Of a stretch of DNA of 64,000 bases, positions 20,581 through 30,839 are shown one piece after another; within the stretch, counting starts at the first letter, position 1; each line of letters starts with the position of its first letter. Source of the stretch: Promethearchaeota archaeon (GTDB lineage: Archaea; Asgardarchaeota; Lokiarchaeia; Sigyniarchaeales; SOKP01); the NCBI GenBank assembly GCA_018238625.1, contig JABCSY010000004.1:1-64000 (forward strand), written 5' to 3'. A program made the position numbers and the translations under genes. The notes beneath the pieces were generated by a model, which saw only the letters and a list, made by a program, of their open reading frames with translations, was not told the DNA's origin and did not search any database.

Positions 20581-21333
20581 ATGAGTTTAAAAGAGTTTTA
20601 CGACCACCATAAAAATTTTTCTGCTAGAAATCGTTTCGAATACGATATCTCACCCGGAATTAGATGTAAATTCGATTTATTAATCAAAATAATTGGTAAT
20701 AGTAGGATCTTTAAAAACGCGATAGATTTAGGTTGCTCAGGAAACTCTCTTCTTTACATCTTAAAAAATGTACAAAATAAATCATATTACGATATATCTA
20801 CTATACCTTTAAAGCGATATTCTGAACAGAATCCTTTATGTGGGGATGTTGTTAAATTACCTTATAAAAACAATACTTTTGACCTGGTACTTGCTTTAGA
20901 CGTGTTAGAACACGTAAAAAATGACGATTTAGCTATCTCTGAAATAAAAAGGATATTAACACATGGAGGATTTGCTGTAATTACAGTCCCACACAGGATG
21001 AAATACTATTCAAAACAAGATAAGATAATCGGTCATTATCGTAGATATGAAATTGAGCAAATTTTAGAATTGTTCCAACGTAATAATTTCAAATATATAA
21101 ATCACTTTGGAGTTTATGGAGTATTAATGAAAATGTCCTTACTTCAATCGATTAATCCGAAAAAAACGGAAAAAGATCTAATAAATTTACGCAATAAATA
21201 TCGCTCAAATTTAATTTTCAGAAAGATTTGGAATCTTTTTGTCAAACTTAGTTCGAAATTAATGAAAATAGACGCGAAATATTATTCTTCAAAACGAATG
21301 ATGAATATGGCGTTTATATTTCTAAAATTATAA
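20581..21333 (+). CDS. Class I SAM-dependent methyltransferase
   Basis: 'IDLGCSG', 'LPYKNNTFDLVLALDVLEHV', 'GHYRRY'. Confidence 0.85.
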   Translation: MSLKEFYDHHKNFSARNRFEYDISPGIRCKFDLLIKIIGNSRIFKNAIDLGCSGNSLLYILKNVQNKSYYDISTIPLKRYSEQNPLCGDVVKLPYKNNTFDLVLALDVLEHVKNDDLAISEIKRILTHGGFAVITVPHRMKYYSKQDKIIGHYRRYEIEQILELFQRNNFKYINHFGVYGVLMKMSLLQSINPKKTEKDLINLRNKYRSNLIFRKIWNLFVKLSSKLMKIDAKYYSSKRMMNMAFIFLKL

Positions 21334-21335
21334 TC

Positions 21336-21731
21336 TTATTTGTTTTCAGCGTATTCTTTTTTCAATTTTTCAAATAACTTTTTATATTGCTCTATGTATT
21401 TCCCGTCGTTAGTTTCCTCTATTTTCTTAAGAAGTTCCACTGAATTATTTAATACAGTTGAAGTTTTTTTGAGTTTATCAAAATATAATTGCTTTATTTG
21501 TTGAGATTTAGCAACTCTTAGAGAACTTTTATAACCCTTAATCGAGTTTTCTAAATCTTTTTGTGATTCGATTACTGAATCTGCTAACTGTTTTTTTCTC
21601 TGTTCTAATTTAATACAATTATCACATATTAATTTTCCCGATTTTTTTTGCCCTTTTTTAATCATAAAGGGATTTCTACATCTAGAGCATTCAACGAGCG
21701 CAACAATTAATTTATCGTTAGGTTCGGGCAT
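21336..21731 (-). CDS. Hypothetical Zn-ribbon plus coiled-coil protein
   Basis: CSRC...CDNC followed by a long charged helical region. Confidence 0.65.
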   Translation of the reverse strand: MPEPNDKLIVALVECSRCRNPFMIKKGQKKSGKLICDNCIKLEQRKKQLADSVIESQKDLENSIKGYKSSLRVAKSQQIKQLYFDKLKKTSTVLNNSVELLKKIEETNDGKYIEQYKKLFEKLKKEYAENK

Positions 21732-21871
21732 AAAAGATAACTAATTAAAATTTAGATTTTTTTAAATTTTAAATTATTAAGTTAATAACTTTTTTATAAT
21801 ATAATTCTTGATTTTTTTGATACTTTCTCAGATCAAGAAAAGTTTATGATAAATTTTACATAGGTTTTTTT

Positions 21872-22672
21872 ATGGAAATATATCTTACAACAATATTTTT
21901 ATTAATACTATTAGGTTTTATAACGGGAACCCTTTCAGTTATGGCTGGAATTGGAGGCGGAGTATTTTTTGTCTCCATAATGACTCTTTTGTTTTTGATG
22001 CCAATTAATATTGCCATAGATACATCTACATTCATAATTTTAACGTCTTCATGTGCGGGATTTATAACTTATCTAAAACAAGGAAGGACAAATTTCAAAT
22101 TAGCTTTGACATATGGTGTTTTTTCTATTTTAGGGAGCATTTTAGCCACCATTTTATTTTCATTTATTCAAATCGATAATTCAATGTTAAAGATTTTATT
22201 TGCATTGACATTACTCGTGGCAGGGTTAAATATGATCCATAAAGCTATTAAAACAAAAGGAGGATTAACGAGTAAAGACTTAGAAAAGGAAGAGTTCCCA
22301 TTGCACGATTACGATTATAAAACTAATTTAAAAAAAGTAATTCCGTTATTCATATTAGCCGGTTTTGTTGCAAACCTACTTGGAATTGGAGGTGGGATAA
22401 TAAATACTCCATCCCTCAACATAATATTAGGTTTTCCTATCCATAATTCTACAGCAATTTCAACTTCAATAATCTTTTTCACAGCTATATATAATACAAT
22501 CATTAAGTGCCTCTTAGGGCAAATAGATTATCTAGTTGGCCTTCTAATAACTTCTGGCGCTATATTAGGTTCGATATTTGGGGCAAAAATATCAAGCAAA
22601 ATGTCGAAAACATATTTAAAATTTTTCGTGGCAGTTATCTTACTAGTTTTAGCAATTAGAATGTTTTTTTAG
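21872..22672 (+). CDS. Sulfite exporter TauE/SafE family membrane protein
   Basis: Duplicated 'GIGGG' motifs in a multi-TM protein. Confidence 0.88.
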   Translation: MEIYLTTIFLLILLGFITGTLSVMAGIGGGVFFVSIMTLLFLMPINIAIDTSTFIILTSSCAGFITYLKQGRTNFKLALTYGVFSILGSILATILFSFIQIDNSMLKILFALTLLVAGLNMIHKAIKTKGGLTSKDLEKEEFPLHDYDYKTNLKKVIPLFILAGFVANLLGIGGGIINTPSLNIILGFPIHNSTAISTSIIFFTAIYNTIIKCLLGQIDYLVGLLITSGAILGSIFGAKISSKMSKTYLKFFVAVILLVLAIRMFF

Positions 22673-22763
22673 AGTTAATATAAAAAAAATATAATGGAAA
22701 ACTGATAATAATATATGTAAACGAATTATGATGTAAGAAAAATAAAATAAATGGAGATAAAAT

Positions 22764-23555
22764 ATGGACGAAAAAATTGAATTAGTAATTAAAGATAATA
22801 TTGCGATTATAAGACTAACAGATCCAGAGAATTTTAACCCTTTAAATAAAAGTTCTGGGAAAAATCTATTAGAAACTATAGAATCTATTCGAAATAATAA
22901 CACTGTGAGATGTTTAATAATAACTGGCTCCGGAAAGGCTTTTTCGGCCGGTGGAGACATAAAACAATTTAAGGCGAGTATTGAAAATGGCACATCAGGT
23001 CAAGTTATGGACGATTTAACGAAAGACCTTTATAAAATTGCGTTAATTTTGCGTCTTTATCCAAAACCTGTTATCGCGTCTGTGAATGGCTGGGCAGTAG
23101 GAGCTGGAATGAACCTCGCTCTCTCGTGTGATATCATAATTGCCTCAGAAAAAGCGAGGTTTAGGCAATCTTTTTCCAAACTCGCTCTAATTCCTGGATT
23201 CGCTGGAACTATTTTGTTAAGTCGTCAGCTCACGTGGCAACAAGCGACACAAATGGCGTTTTTCGGAGACACTTATACAGCTAAAGAGATGAAAAAACTT
23301 GGTTTTGTTAACGAAATCGTTCCTCATGAAGATTTAGAAAAGATTTCTTTACAATGGGCTGAGAGACTCGCCAAGGGACCAACATTAACATATGCAAGGA
23401 CAAAAAAATTATTCTTTGATGCTCTTAGCACGCCCTTAGAGGAACACCTTGAAAAAGAACGACAAATACAGATAAAATCGGCTGAATCTGAAGATTATAA
23501 AATTGGTGTATTTGCACTAAACGACAAAAAGGAACCTAAATTTATTGGAAATTAA
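22764..23555 (+). CDS. Enoyl-CoA hydratase/isomerase (PaaG-like)
   Basis: 'AFSAGGD', 'KPVIASVNGWAVGAGMNLALSCD', 'K.EPKF.G'. Confidence 0.9.
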   Translation: MDEKIELVIKDNIAIIRLTDPENFNPLNKSSGKNLLETIESIRNNNTVRCLIITGSGKAFSAGGDIKQFKASIENGTSGQVMDDLTKDLYKIALILRLYPKPVIASVNGWAVGAGMNLALSCDIIIASEKARFRQSFSKLALIPGFAGTILLSRQLTWQQATQMAFFGDTYTAKEMKKLGFVNEIVPHEDLEKISLQWAERLAKGPTLTYARTKKLFFDALSTPLEEHLEKERQIQIKSAESEDYKIGVFALNDKKEPKFIGN

Positions 23556-23636
23556 TATATTCGTGTAAAGTAATTTCTATAAATCTTAAATCCTTTTTAG
23601 AATATTATATATTATTTTAATAACGCGTAATTTAAA

Positions 23637-24464
23637 GTGATTCTTTCGATGAGTAAGGGATTTAGACTTCTAAGGGTTGAATATATTTTTGCTGTGCTCA
23701 TTCCTTGTTTATTGAGCATATATTTAAACGATTACGATGTTTATCCTCACATTTGGATATTAGCTGGATTTGTGTTTTATGCCATTACGGGAAATACACT
23801 TAATGATGTAATCGATATGAAAGATCCAAACGAAAAGGAAACGCTAGAAAGAGTACAGGGTTATAGCCGAAAAGAAATATTCACAATTTCTCTAGCAAGT
23901 TTTTTATTAGGGACCGTATGTTTCATGAAAAGTATCGTAGAAAAACCCCTCTTAGGCGTTTATTTAGCTATTATCGTTATTTCCGTAATTCTATACTGTC
24001 TATTTAAATCGCAGGTTATTATTAACCATATTATTTTAGGAATATCGCACATTTTTTTACCTTATTTTATAATAAAAATCAACGCTGGCGATATTTCTAT
24101 GAATTTCTTTCCTGGTCTAACTTTATTTGAGTTATTAATATTACTTTCTATAACCTCTGTGGCATTTTCCGGTCAAATGCTTCACGAAATGATTGATGGA
24201 GATTCGTTATCAAAATTATCTCCAAAAGCGTCTCGCTTAATAATATGGATTGCCTCTGTGATATCACTGATAATCGCTATATTTTCTCTTATTATCACTC
24301 AGTTAATCATATTTTTGCCAATCTTTTTCTTTCCTTTTGGAATTATGTATATTTTTAGGAAACCTAGAAGTGATTTAGCAGGAAGAAGTTCGTTAAAAGA
24401 TGTGGGGATCATATTAGGAAATCTAATATTCGCTTATATCATAATTTTAATTATTGCACCTTAA
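23637..24464 (+). CDS. UbiA prenyltransferase family membrane protein
   Basis: 'GNTLNDVIDMKD' (NDxxD motif), about 8 TM segments, second acidic motif 'HEMIDGD'. Confidence 0.7.
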   Translation: MILSMSKGFRLLRVEYIFAVLIPCLLSIYLNDYDVYPHIWILAGFVFYAITGNTLNDVIDMKDPNEKETLERVQGYSRKEIFTISLASFLLGTVCFMKSIVEKPLLGVYLAIIVISVILYCLFKSQVIINHIILGISHIFLPYFIIKINAGDISMNFFPGLTLFELLILLSITSVAFSGQMLHEMIDGDSLSKLSPKASRLIIWIASVISLIIAIFSLIITQLIIFLPIFFFPFGIMYIFRKPRSDLAGRSSLKDVGIILGNLIFAYIIILIIAP

Positions 24465-24554
24465 AAAATCATTCTTAATAACGAATTTAAAAGATTATAA
24501 CTTTTTATCTAATCAAATCAAGAAGAAATAAAGAATAAAAAAAATGAGTTTGAA

Positions 24555-25823
24555 ATGACTAAAATTGAACCTGTTGATAAAGATTTTTTTTCTCCGTTTA
24601 ACGAAGAAGCTTGCACTCTTTGTGGAGAATGTTTTCATAATTGTCCCGTAATGGGCCTTTCTATTGAAGAATCCATTGAAGAAATGAAAAAATTAATCGC
24701 TGGGAATGAAACAAAACGAGTGTTAAAAGAATGTCAGAGTTGTCATTCATGTAATTTTTATTGTCCTGAAAATGCTCATCCAGCAGAGTTGATTTTGCAG
24801 AGATGGAACGAAAAGTACAAAAGAGAGGGGTTAAAAATCCGTGGGAAGCATTATATGACGCTTTATCCTCACTACCCTAACTTCCGATCTTACGTTATGG
24901 ACCACATGCCTAAAAAAACGCAAGAACTTGTTAAATCATGGGCAGATTTATCTCCTTTAAAAGGTGACACGCTTACTTATCCAGGATGTAACATAATTAC
25001 CTATGCCGAGTTAACGCAAGCAAGCTTTTTTAAGGATCTAGATATTAGGGGTAGGCTTGAATATTGTTGTGGAGAAACATTATTTCGAACGGGATACGAA
25101 GACGAGTTATTTCAAGTTACTAAGAGGTTAGATAAATGGTTTAATATATTAAAACCAAAAAATTTGCTAGTTTTGTGCACAGCAGGAACTAATGTTTTCA
25201 AAAATGTATTACCTCGTTATGGATTAACCTATAAATTTGATTCTGTTAAATCTTATATCCAATATTTATGGGAAAAAATTGAGAATGGTAAAATTCAAAT
25301 TACAAATAAATTAGATATGACGGTTTCGATTCAAGATTCTTGTTATTCAAAAATGTTTGGAGATGACTACATGGATTTACCTCGAAAAATTTTAGAAGCA
25401 ATTGGGGTAAAAGTAATTGAAATTGAAGCATGTCGCGAAAATATGAGGTGTTGTGGAATTGGAGGCGGATTTTCTGTGGATTCAGCGTATCACACAATGA
25501 AATTAAGATCAGCAACAATGAGAAACATAAAAGAATTTAACAAAGCGAAAGTAGACGCTGTTTGCGTTTATTGCGCTGGGTGTTTAGCTACTTACAGCAC
25601 CGCCAAAAAATTATATCTCGGGAAATTTAAAGTGTACCACATTATCGAACTGCTCCAGATGGCCATGGGAGAAAAACCTATGTCCAATAAAGAGAAAAAA
25701 AAAAGGGCTAAACATTTCTTTTGGGGCATAATGAAAAAACAACTCCCGAAATTACCCTCAAAAAAAACATTTAAAATAGCAGATCTCCCAGAAGATCCAC
25801 CACCGTATAGCGAGGCGTATTAA
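24555..25823 (+). CDS. Fe-S oxidoreductase (HdrD/GlpC-like, 2x[4Fe-4S] + CCG domains)
   Basis: CxxCxxCxxxCP twice, 'YCCGE', 'QDSCY', 'RCCGIGGG', 'YCAGC'. Confidence 0.85.
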   Translation: MTKIEPVDKDFFSPFNEEACTLCGECFHNCPVMGLSIEESIEEMKKLIAGNETKRVLKECQSCHSCNFYCPENAHPAELILQRWNEKYKREGLKIRGKHYMTLYPHYPNFRSYVMDHMPKKTQELVKSWADLSPLKGDTLTYPGCNIITYAELTQASFFKDLDIRGRLEYCCGETLFRTGYEDELFQVTKRLDKWFNILKPKNLLVLCTAGTNVFKNVLPRYGLTYKFDSVKSYIQYLWEKIENGKIQITNKLDMTVSIQDSCYSKMFGDDYMDLPRKILEAIGVKVIEIEACRENMRCCGIGGGFSVDSAYHTMKLRSATMRNIKEFNKAKVDAVCVYCAGCLATYSTAKKLYLGKFKVYHIIELLQMAMGEKPMSNKEKKKRAKHFFWGIMKKQLPKLPSKKTFKIADLPEDPPPYSEAY

Positions 25824-25825
25824 AA

Positions 25826-27184
25826 ATGGTGGAAAATAAAAGAACTCCTGCTTTCAGAGAAGATTTATGTGATTTGTGTGGACTTTGTTTTCATCTATGT
25901 CCCGTTTTACAATTACCTTTGGATGAAGCAAAAGAAGAGATTCAAAATTTAGTCAAAGGTCGAAAGTCAAAATATGTACTTGAAAAATGTAATACTTGTT
26001 TATCTTGCAATCTATACTGCCCTCAAAATGCTAACCCATATCAATTGATACTCGAGAGATGGAACGATTCGTATAAAGAGAGAGGCGCGCCTCCTCTTTA
26101 CTATTTTGTTTGTCCTACTGAAGATCGTAACATTTGGCAACTTCTAAATTTGTTTTTATCTAATCGAGAAAGAAGATGGATATATAAGTGGATGCATTAC
26201 GTTCCTAAGAGCGAGGATACTGTTTTGTTAATTGGAAACTATACACATATATTCCCATTTATTATTGGAGGTAGTAAATTGCTTAATTACTTCAAGCCTA
26301 TCGATCGGATCGACCAATGGGAAGGAGGTGCCTACTTATACCAAGGAGGATACTTAGATATTGTAAAAAAGATAGCTGAGAGGACAAAAAGAGATTTTGA
26401 TAGTTGGGGCGTCAAAAATGTTGTTGCTACTTTAGATGCTGTTGAGTATTTCTTCAAGGAAGTCCATCCGAAGGAAATGGGGGTGAAACACGATCAGAAT
26501 TTTATAAATTTTCATCGCTGGTTATTAGATAATATTAGCTCCGGAGAAATCAATCTTCAAAACCAACTTAATCTAACGGTTACCGTTCACGATAACTGCT
26601 TTTCTAAAGCACTAGGAGGATATTGGGAGGAACCAAGAACAATATTGGAGAAATGCGGTTGTAAAATACTTGAGATGAAACACATTAAAAAAGATTCGTT
26701 GTGTTGCGGGTTTGGAGCTGGGGCATCGTGGGTTAAGAATATTTCTCTACCTTTTGATATGATCTCTGAAGGAGTAAAAAAATTTAAGGAAGCAGAAGAT
26801 ACTGGCGCAAAAGCTCTAATATCTTACTGTGGAGGATGTATTTATTTAATGTGGGCTACTAAGGAGTTGTTGAGAAGTAAAATAGATTTATATCATATCA
26901 TTGAAATTGTCAGAATGGCAATGGGCGAAGAATTAGATTATCCTAAGGATAACATTAAACGAGCGTGGGATGTCATTGCGATTATAACTTACTCTTTGCT
27001 ACTATCGTCTTTTAAGAAAAACTTTTACATAAAAAGTATTACCTACGACAAAGATTTTAGCACATATAAACCGAAGAAGTATTTACTATTAAGGTCGATA
27101 AGGTATCTATTTGATTTTAAGTTAATTAGAATCCTTTACGCTAAAATGTTTAGGTTAATGATGCCTATTATGAAGACACGATAG
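25826..27184 (+). CDS. Fe-S oxidoreductase (HdrD/GlpC-like), paralog of the upstream gene
   Basis: CxxCxxCxxxCP twice, 'HDNC', 'LCCGFGAG', 'YCGGC'. The first CCG site is degenerate (WEGG). Confidence 0.85.
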   Translation: MVENKRTPAFREDLCDLCGLCFHLCPVLQLPLDEAKEEIQNLVKGRKSKYVLEKCNTCLSCNLYCPQNANPYQLILERWNDSYKERGAPPLYYFVCPTEDRNIWQLLNLFLSNRERRWIYKWMHYVPKSEDTVLLIGNYTHIFPFIIGGSKLLNYFKPIDRIDQWEGGAYLYQGGYLDIVKKIAERTKRDFDSWGVKNVVATLDAVEYFFKEVHPKEMGVKHDQNFINFHRWLLDNISSGEINLQNQLNLTVTVHDNCFSKALGGYWEEPRTILEKCGCKILEMKHIKKDSLCCGFGAGASWVKNISLPFDMISEGVKKFKEAEDTGAKALISYCGGCIYLMWATKELLRSKIDLYHIIEIVRMAMGEELDYPKDNIKRAWDVIAIITYSLLLSSFKKNFYIKSITYDKDFSTYKPKKYLLLRSIRYLFDFKLIRILYAKMFRLMMPIMKTR

Positions 27185-27471
27185 AAAAAACAAACCTTTA
27201 GTAGTATAAAAGCTATATTCATATTTCAATTCATTATCCTAAACCAAATGAGGCTTAGGATTTTGAAAAAATTTCTTTATAAAGGTTTTTTATTGAAATT
27301 CTGGATAGAGATACTATTTATATAGGATTTTTTTTATATTTAAATTACCAAAGTCCGAAAATCGGTAATTTTAGTTGTTTAGCTAAAATTGTGCCTTAAA
27401 ACATAATTCTAAAGAAATCTAATAATTAATTAAAAAATTACATTTAATCGCGTAAAAAGGAGGGGAAAATT

Positions 27472-28704
27472 ATATCTGATTCTATTTCTAAAAAAAAAAT
27501 TGAATATATCCAGCAAAATGACGAATTTGATTATTTAAAAAGCTTAATTAACTCTCTTGAAAAGGGTAATTGCGCTGGAATTTTACTACAAGGTCCACCG
27601 GGTACAGGAAAAACTTTATTGGCGATCTCGCTTGCTAAGGCGTATAAAGCCTCTTACTATATTATTGATGGGTCGCCTGACCTTGATAGAAGAGACATCG
27701 AAGGTAATTGGGAGCTTTTAAAGGGCGAAACTAAATTTAATTACGGTCCTCTTACTTTAGCCATTAAGGATGCAAATAATGAGGGAATAGCTTTTATTAT
27801 TATTAATGAAATTAACGCTATTCGCGAAAATGAACAAATATCGCTAAATTCTCTTTTATCCGAAAATCATATCAACTTAATTTCAAAGGGTTTTGAAAAA
27901 CACGAATTAAATTCTGAAAGTAAATTAATCATTATAGGAACTATGAATAAAGGGGTTATTGGTATTAATAAATTACAAGAAGCTTTTGAGGATCGCTTTA
28001 TCATAACCCCTGAAATATCTTATCCTTTAAAAAACAAAGAAATTGACATTGCGAGCCAAATCTCGGGATGTAAGAAAAAGATTGCTGAGATTGTTGTAGA
28101 TGCTGCTCGCCAAATTAGGAAACAGGCGATCCAAGATTATTCTATAACAAAAATATTTTCAACTCGCTTAGTAGTAAATTTCTGTATGTTAATTTCTCTG
28201 ATGCCCCCTAAATACTTAAAACACAACATCGAAAATGTAATCATCAATAAACTCGGAACTACTACTGAAGAGAAGAAAAGCATCGCCATGATTCTTGATG
28301 GAAAGATGTTCGAAACCAAGTTAAAGGAAGAATTAATAGATAAAAAGACAACGTTAATGAGCCGGGAATGTAAGTTAGATAAAGATTCACTCGACCAACT
28401 ACTTACTAACACTAAAGTATGTTTTACTGATTATATTAGTAAATATGGCCGATCAAATGCGTTTAGACAAAACGGAAATATAATGTGGAAATTGATTCAA
28501 TGGATGTGGTTAAATAAAAGGGAAACTTTACAAAATTATTTTCAACTGACAGAGGTTCTAAGCTTACCTACGCAATACAAACAGCAAACAGGAAAAGAAT
28601 ACATTTACAATGGAAATATAACCTTAAATTATATAAAGTGGATATACCAGAAAAAACCCGAAGAATTAAAGAATTTTATGAAGAAATTGTATCCTGTTTT
28701 ATAA
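27472..28704 (+). CDS. MoxR/CbbQ/NorQ-family AAA+ ATPase (probable non-ATG start)
   Basis: Walker A GPPGTGKT is encoded at 27592-27615, upstream of the ORF-track start. Walker B is 'IIINE', with 'GTMN' and 'DRF' downstream. AGGAGGGG precedes ATT/ATA at 27469/27472. Confidence 0.85.
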   Translation: MSDSISKKKIEYIQQNDEFDYLKSLINSLEKGNCAGILLQGPPGTGKTLLAISLAKAYKASYYIIDGSPDLDRRDIEGNWELLKGETKFNYGPLTLAIKDANNEGIAFIIINEINAIRENEQISLNSLLSENHINLISKGFEKHELNSESKLIIIGTMNKGVIGINKLQEAFEDRFIITPEISYPLKNKEIDIASQISGCKKKIAEIVVDAARQIRKQAIQDYSITKIFSTRLVVNFCMLISLMPPKYLKHNIENVIINKLGTTTEEKKSIAMILDGKMFETKLKEELIDKKTTLMSRECKLDKDSLDQLLTNTKVCFTDYISKYGRSNAFRQNGNIMWKLIQWMWLNKRETLQNYFQLTEVLSLPTQYKQQTGKEYIYNGNITLNYIKWIYQKKPEELKNFMKKLYPVL

Positions 28705-28754
28705 CATATAATATATGTACATTAGCAAAAATCAGATTGAAAAGCTGTGAAATC

Positions 28755-30812
28755 GTGTTAACTGAATTAATAGACCTGTTTGAAAGGGATTTTACTTCCG
28801 ATGTATTAGCTTTAACCAATATTGGGAAACGAATTAGTGGAAACAAGGATATAATGATTCAGTATATAGGCAATATCCCTGCGGTTTATACTGATTGCAA
28901 ATTTATATATTTACCTAACAAATTTAAGGAGGATATAAAAGCGGCTCAAGGGCTTGTTGCTCACGAAAGCGGTCATATAGGATACGGTTCATTTGAACTA
29001 GGATTGATAAAATTGATTGATGTTCTTGCTAAAAAATACAAATTACCACCGCTCTTTATTAAAAACTTAATTAACGTCGTTGAAGATGTAAGAATTAATG
29101 GTATTAATGATAAAAAATTTCCTGGATTTTATAGAAATTTGAGGGAGTTAACAATTAAGATGTTACCACGAATTAAATCATCGATTAAATCGAACAATGA
29201 TATACTCTTATATATCAACTTGTATATGGAAGAATTCGAAGAGTTCCAAAAAAAACCATCTTTAGGAATGTTTAATCTAAGTGAAAAAGATTGGAAAGGG
29301 GTTTTGAAGGTTAAAAAATTTCTTTTAAAGTCGTTAAGCCCTAGCGCTTCTATTATTTCGTGTGATGTGTTATGTAACATTCTCAAAAAGTATTTCCCTG
29401 AAGAAAAATCGAGTTCGACACAAAAGAAAGGTAATCCCAATCCTAATATGAAACCTAATCCTAATATGAACCCCCATCCTCATATGAATACTATCAACCA
29501 TATGGAAATAAATGCTCGAAATAAAAAAAAAAAAGAAAAAACGGATTTAGATAAAATAAGCGAAAAGCTCATAGAAAAACTAAAAGATACTAAGATAAAT
29601 CCCGAGGATTTAGACGATTTAGAGGACCCTGCTGAAAAGTTAAATCCTAAAGCGAATAAAAGCCGTAAAGAAAAAGATAGGGGACAGAAAAAAAGTAAAA
29701 GCAAAAAGAAAGGAAACGGAGAAATAGATAAAGAATCTGATAAAAATAATCAAAGTAAAGATGTAAAGGAATCTGATAAACAGTTTAAAAATAGTTCTCA
29801 AGATGATGAACTTGATGATCTCATCAAGAAAAAATTTAATTTGGATGATTTAAAAAAAGATTTAAAACCAAAGAAAGAAGGTCATACCCCCATTAACAAT
29901 GAAAGAAAAAAAGATAACTTTTTAGCAGAAATTAGAAACCTTGTTAAGAACGCGGATGACGCTATGAAAGAACGACTATTGATTTTAGGGGGAGGTAAAT
30001 ATTTTATCAGTTCAAGTAAGTGTGAACGTGAAAGAAAAGTAATCAATGTTAAAATTGAAAGTCAGAAAATGTGTCCTGACACTATGACTTATGTCCAGAT
30101 TAAGTCTAATTATCAGGGGATAATCAAAAAAATGAAGTTAATTTTTGCTGACTTGAAAAATAAAGCTGCAGTTGACACGTTTCAAAAGAAAGGGAGGCTA
30201 AATAACAAATTTGTAAAGGCAGTTACCAGCGATTATCAATTTAAACAATGCTTTACAAGAAAAATTACAAAGAAAGAATTGAGGTTGCTACTAATAGTAG
30301 ATATTAGTGGAAGCATGAAAGGCGTTAAAATTCGAGCAGCAAAAATAGCCATGGTAATGTTATATGAAGCGCTTGAAGATTTGGCGAAAATTAGAATAGT
30401 TTTATTTACAGGGGGATATGACGCTTTAAATATTTTGGTGAAGGATTTTAACGAACCACTTAAATTAAGATATTTTGATAAATTTGGTTGTCACTCTACT
30501 TCTCGTCAAAATTTAGATGGAATTTCAATAAAACACGAGTCTGAAAAACTGGAAAGGAACGATCTCATAATAGTCGTATCAGATGGGCAACCCTCGGCAG
30601 ACGGGGGGTATAGCTTGTTTGATGCGATACCCGATATTCACGACGTTAGAAAACGCTTCAAAATGTTTGCGTTTTCTATAGATTCTCAAGGTGAATACTT
30701 GAACAAAATGTATGGTAAAGATTGGATACTAACAAGTTCTCGAAACGAGTTAGAGTTAGGAAACAAAATGCTGAAATTTTGCCAAATAATCGTAAAAGAG
30801 TTTTATAGATAA
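28755..30812 (+). CDS. CobT/NorD-like vWA domain protein partnering the AAA+ ATPase
   Basis: N-terminal 'AHESGH...NVVEDVRI', a charged low-complexity linker and C-terminal MIDAS 'DISGSM' and 'SDGQP'. GTG at 28755 is the more plausible start. Confidence 0.8.
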   Translation: MLTELIDLFERDFTSDVLALTNIGKRISGNKDIMIQYIGNIPAVYTDCKFIYLPNKFKEDIKAAQGLVAHESGHIGYGSFELGLIKLIDVLAKKYKLPPLFIKNLINVVEDVRINGINDKKFPGFYRNLRELTIKMLPRIKSSIKSNNDILLYINLYMEEFEEFQKKPSLGMFNLSEKDWKGVLKVKKFLLKSLSPSASIISCDVLCNILKKYFPEEKSSSTQKKGNPNPNMKPNPNMNPHPHMNTINHMEINARNKKKKEKTDLDKISEKLIEKLKDTKINPEDLDDLEDPAEKLNPKANKSRKEKDRGQKKSKSKKKGNGEIDKESDKNNQSKDVKESDKQFKNSSQDDELDDLIKKKFNLDDLKKDLKPKKEGHTPINNERKKDNFLAEIRNLVKNADDAMKERLLILGGGKYFISSSKCERERKVINVKIESQKMCPDTMTYVQIKSNYQGIIKKMKLIFADLKNKAAVDTFQKKGRLNNKFVKAVTSDYQFKQCFTRKITKKELRLLLIVDISGSMKGVKIRAAKIAMVMLYEALEDLAKIRIVLFTGGYDALNILVKDFNEPLKLRYFDKFGCHSTSRQNLDGISIKHESEKLERNDLIIVVSDGQPSADGGYSLFDAIPDIHDVRKRFKMFAFSIDSQGEYLNKMYGKDWILTSSRNELELGNKMLKFCQIIVKEFYR
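29433..29486 (+). repeat. 3x18-bp coding tandem repeat (NPNPNM/KPNPNM/NPHPHM)
   Basis: aatcccaatcctaatatg aaacctaatcctaatatg aacccccatcctcatatg. Confidence 0.8.
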
Positions 30813-30839
30813 AGTTAAATTAATAATTTATTTCATAAC

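Noticed and set aside
28638-28754. ORF-track N-terminal extension of the vWA protein overlapping the AAA gene
   Set aside because: The long overlap and non-conserved-looking sequence make the GTG at 28755 more plausible.
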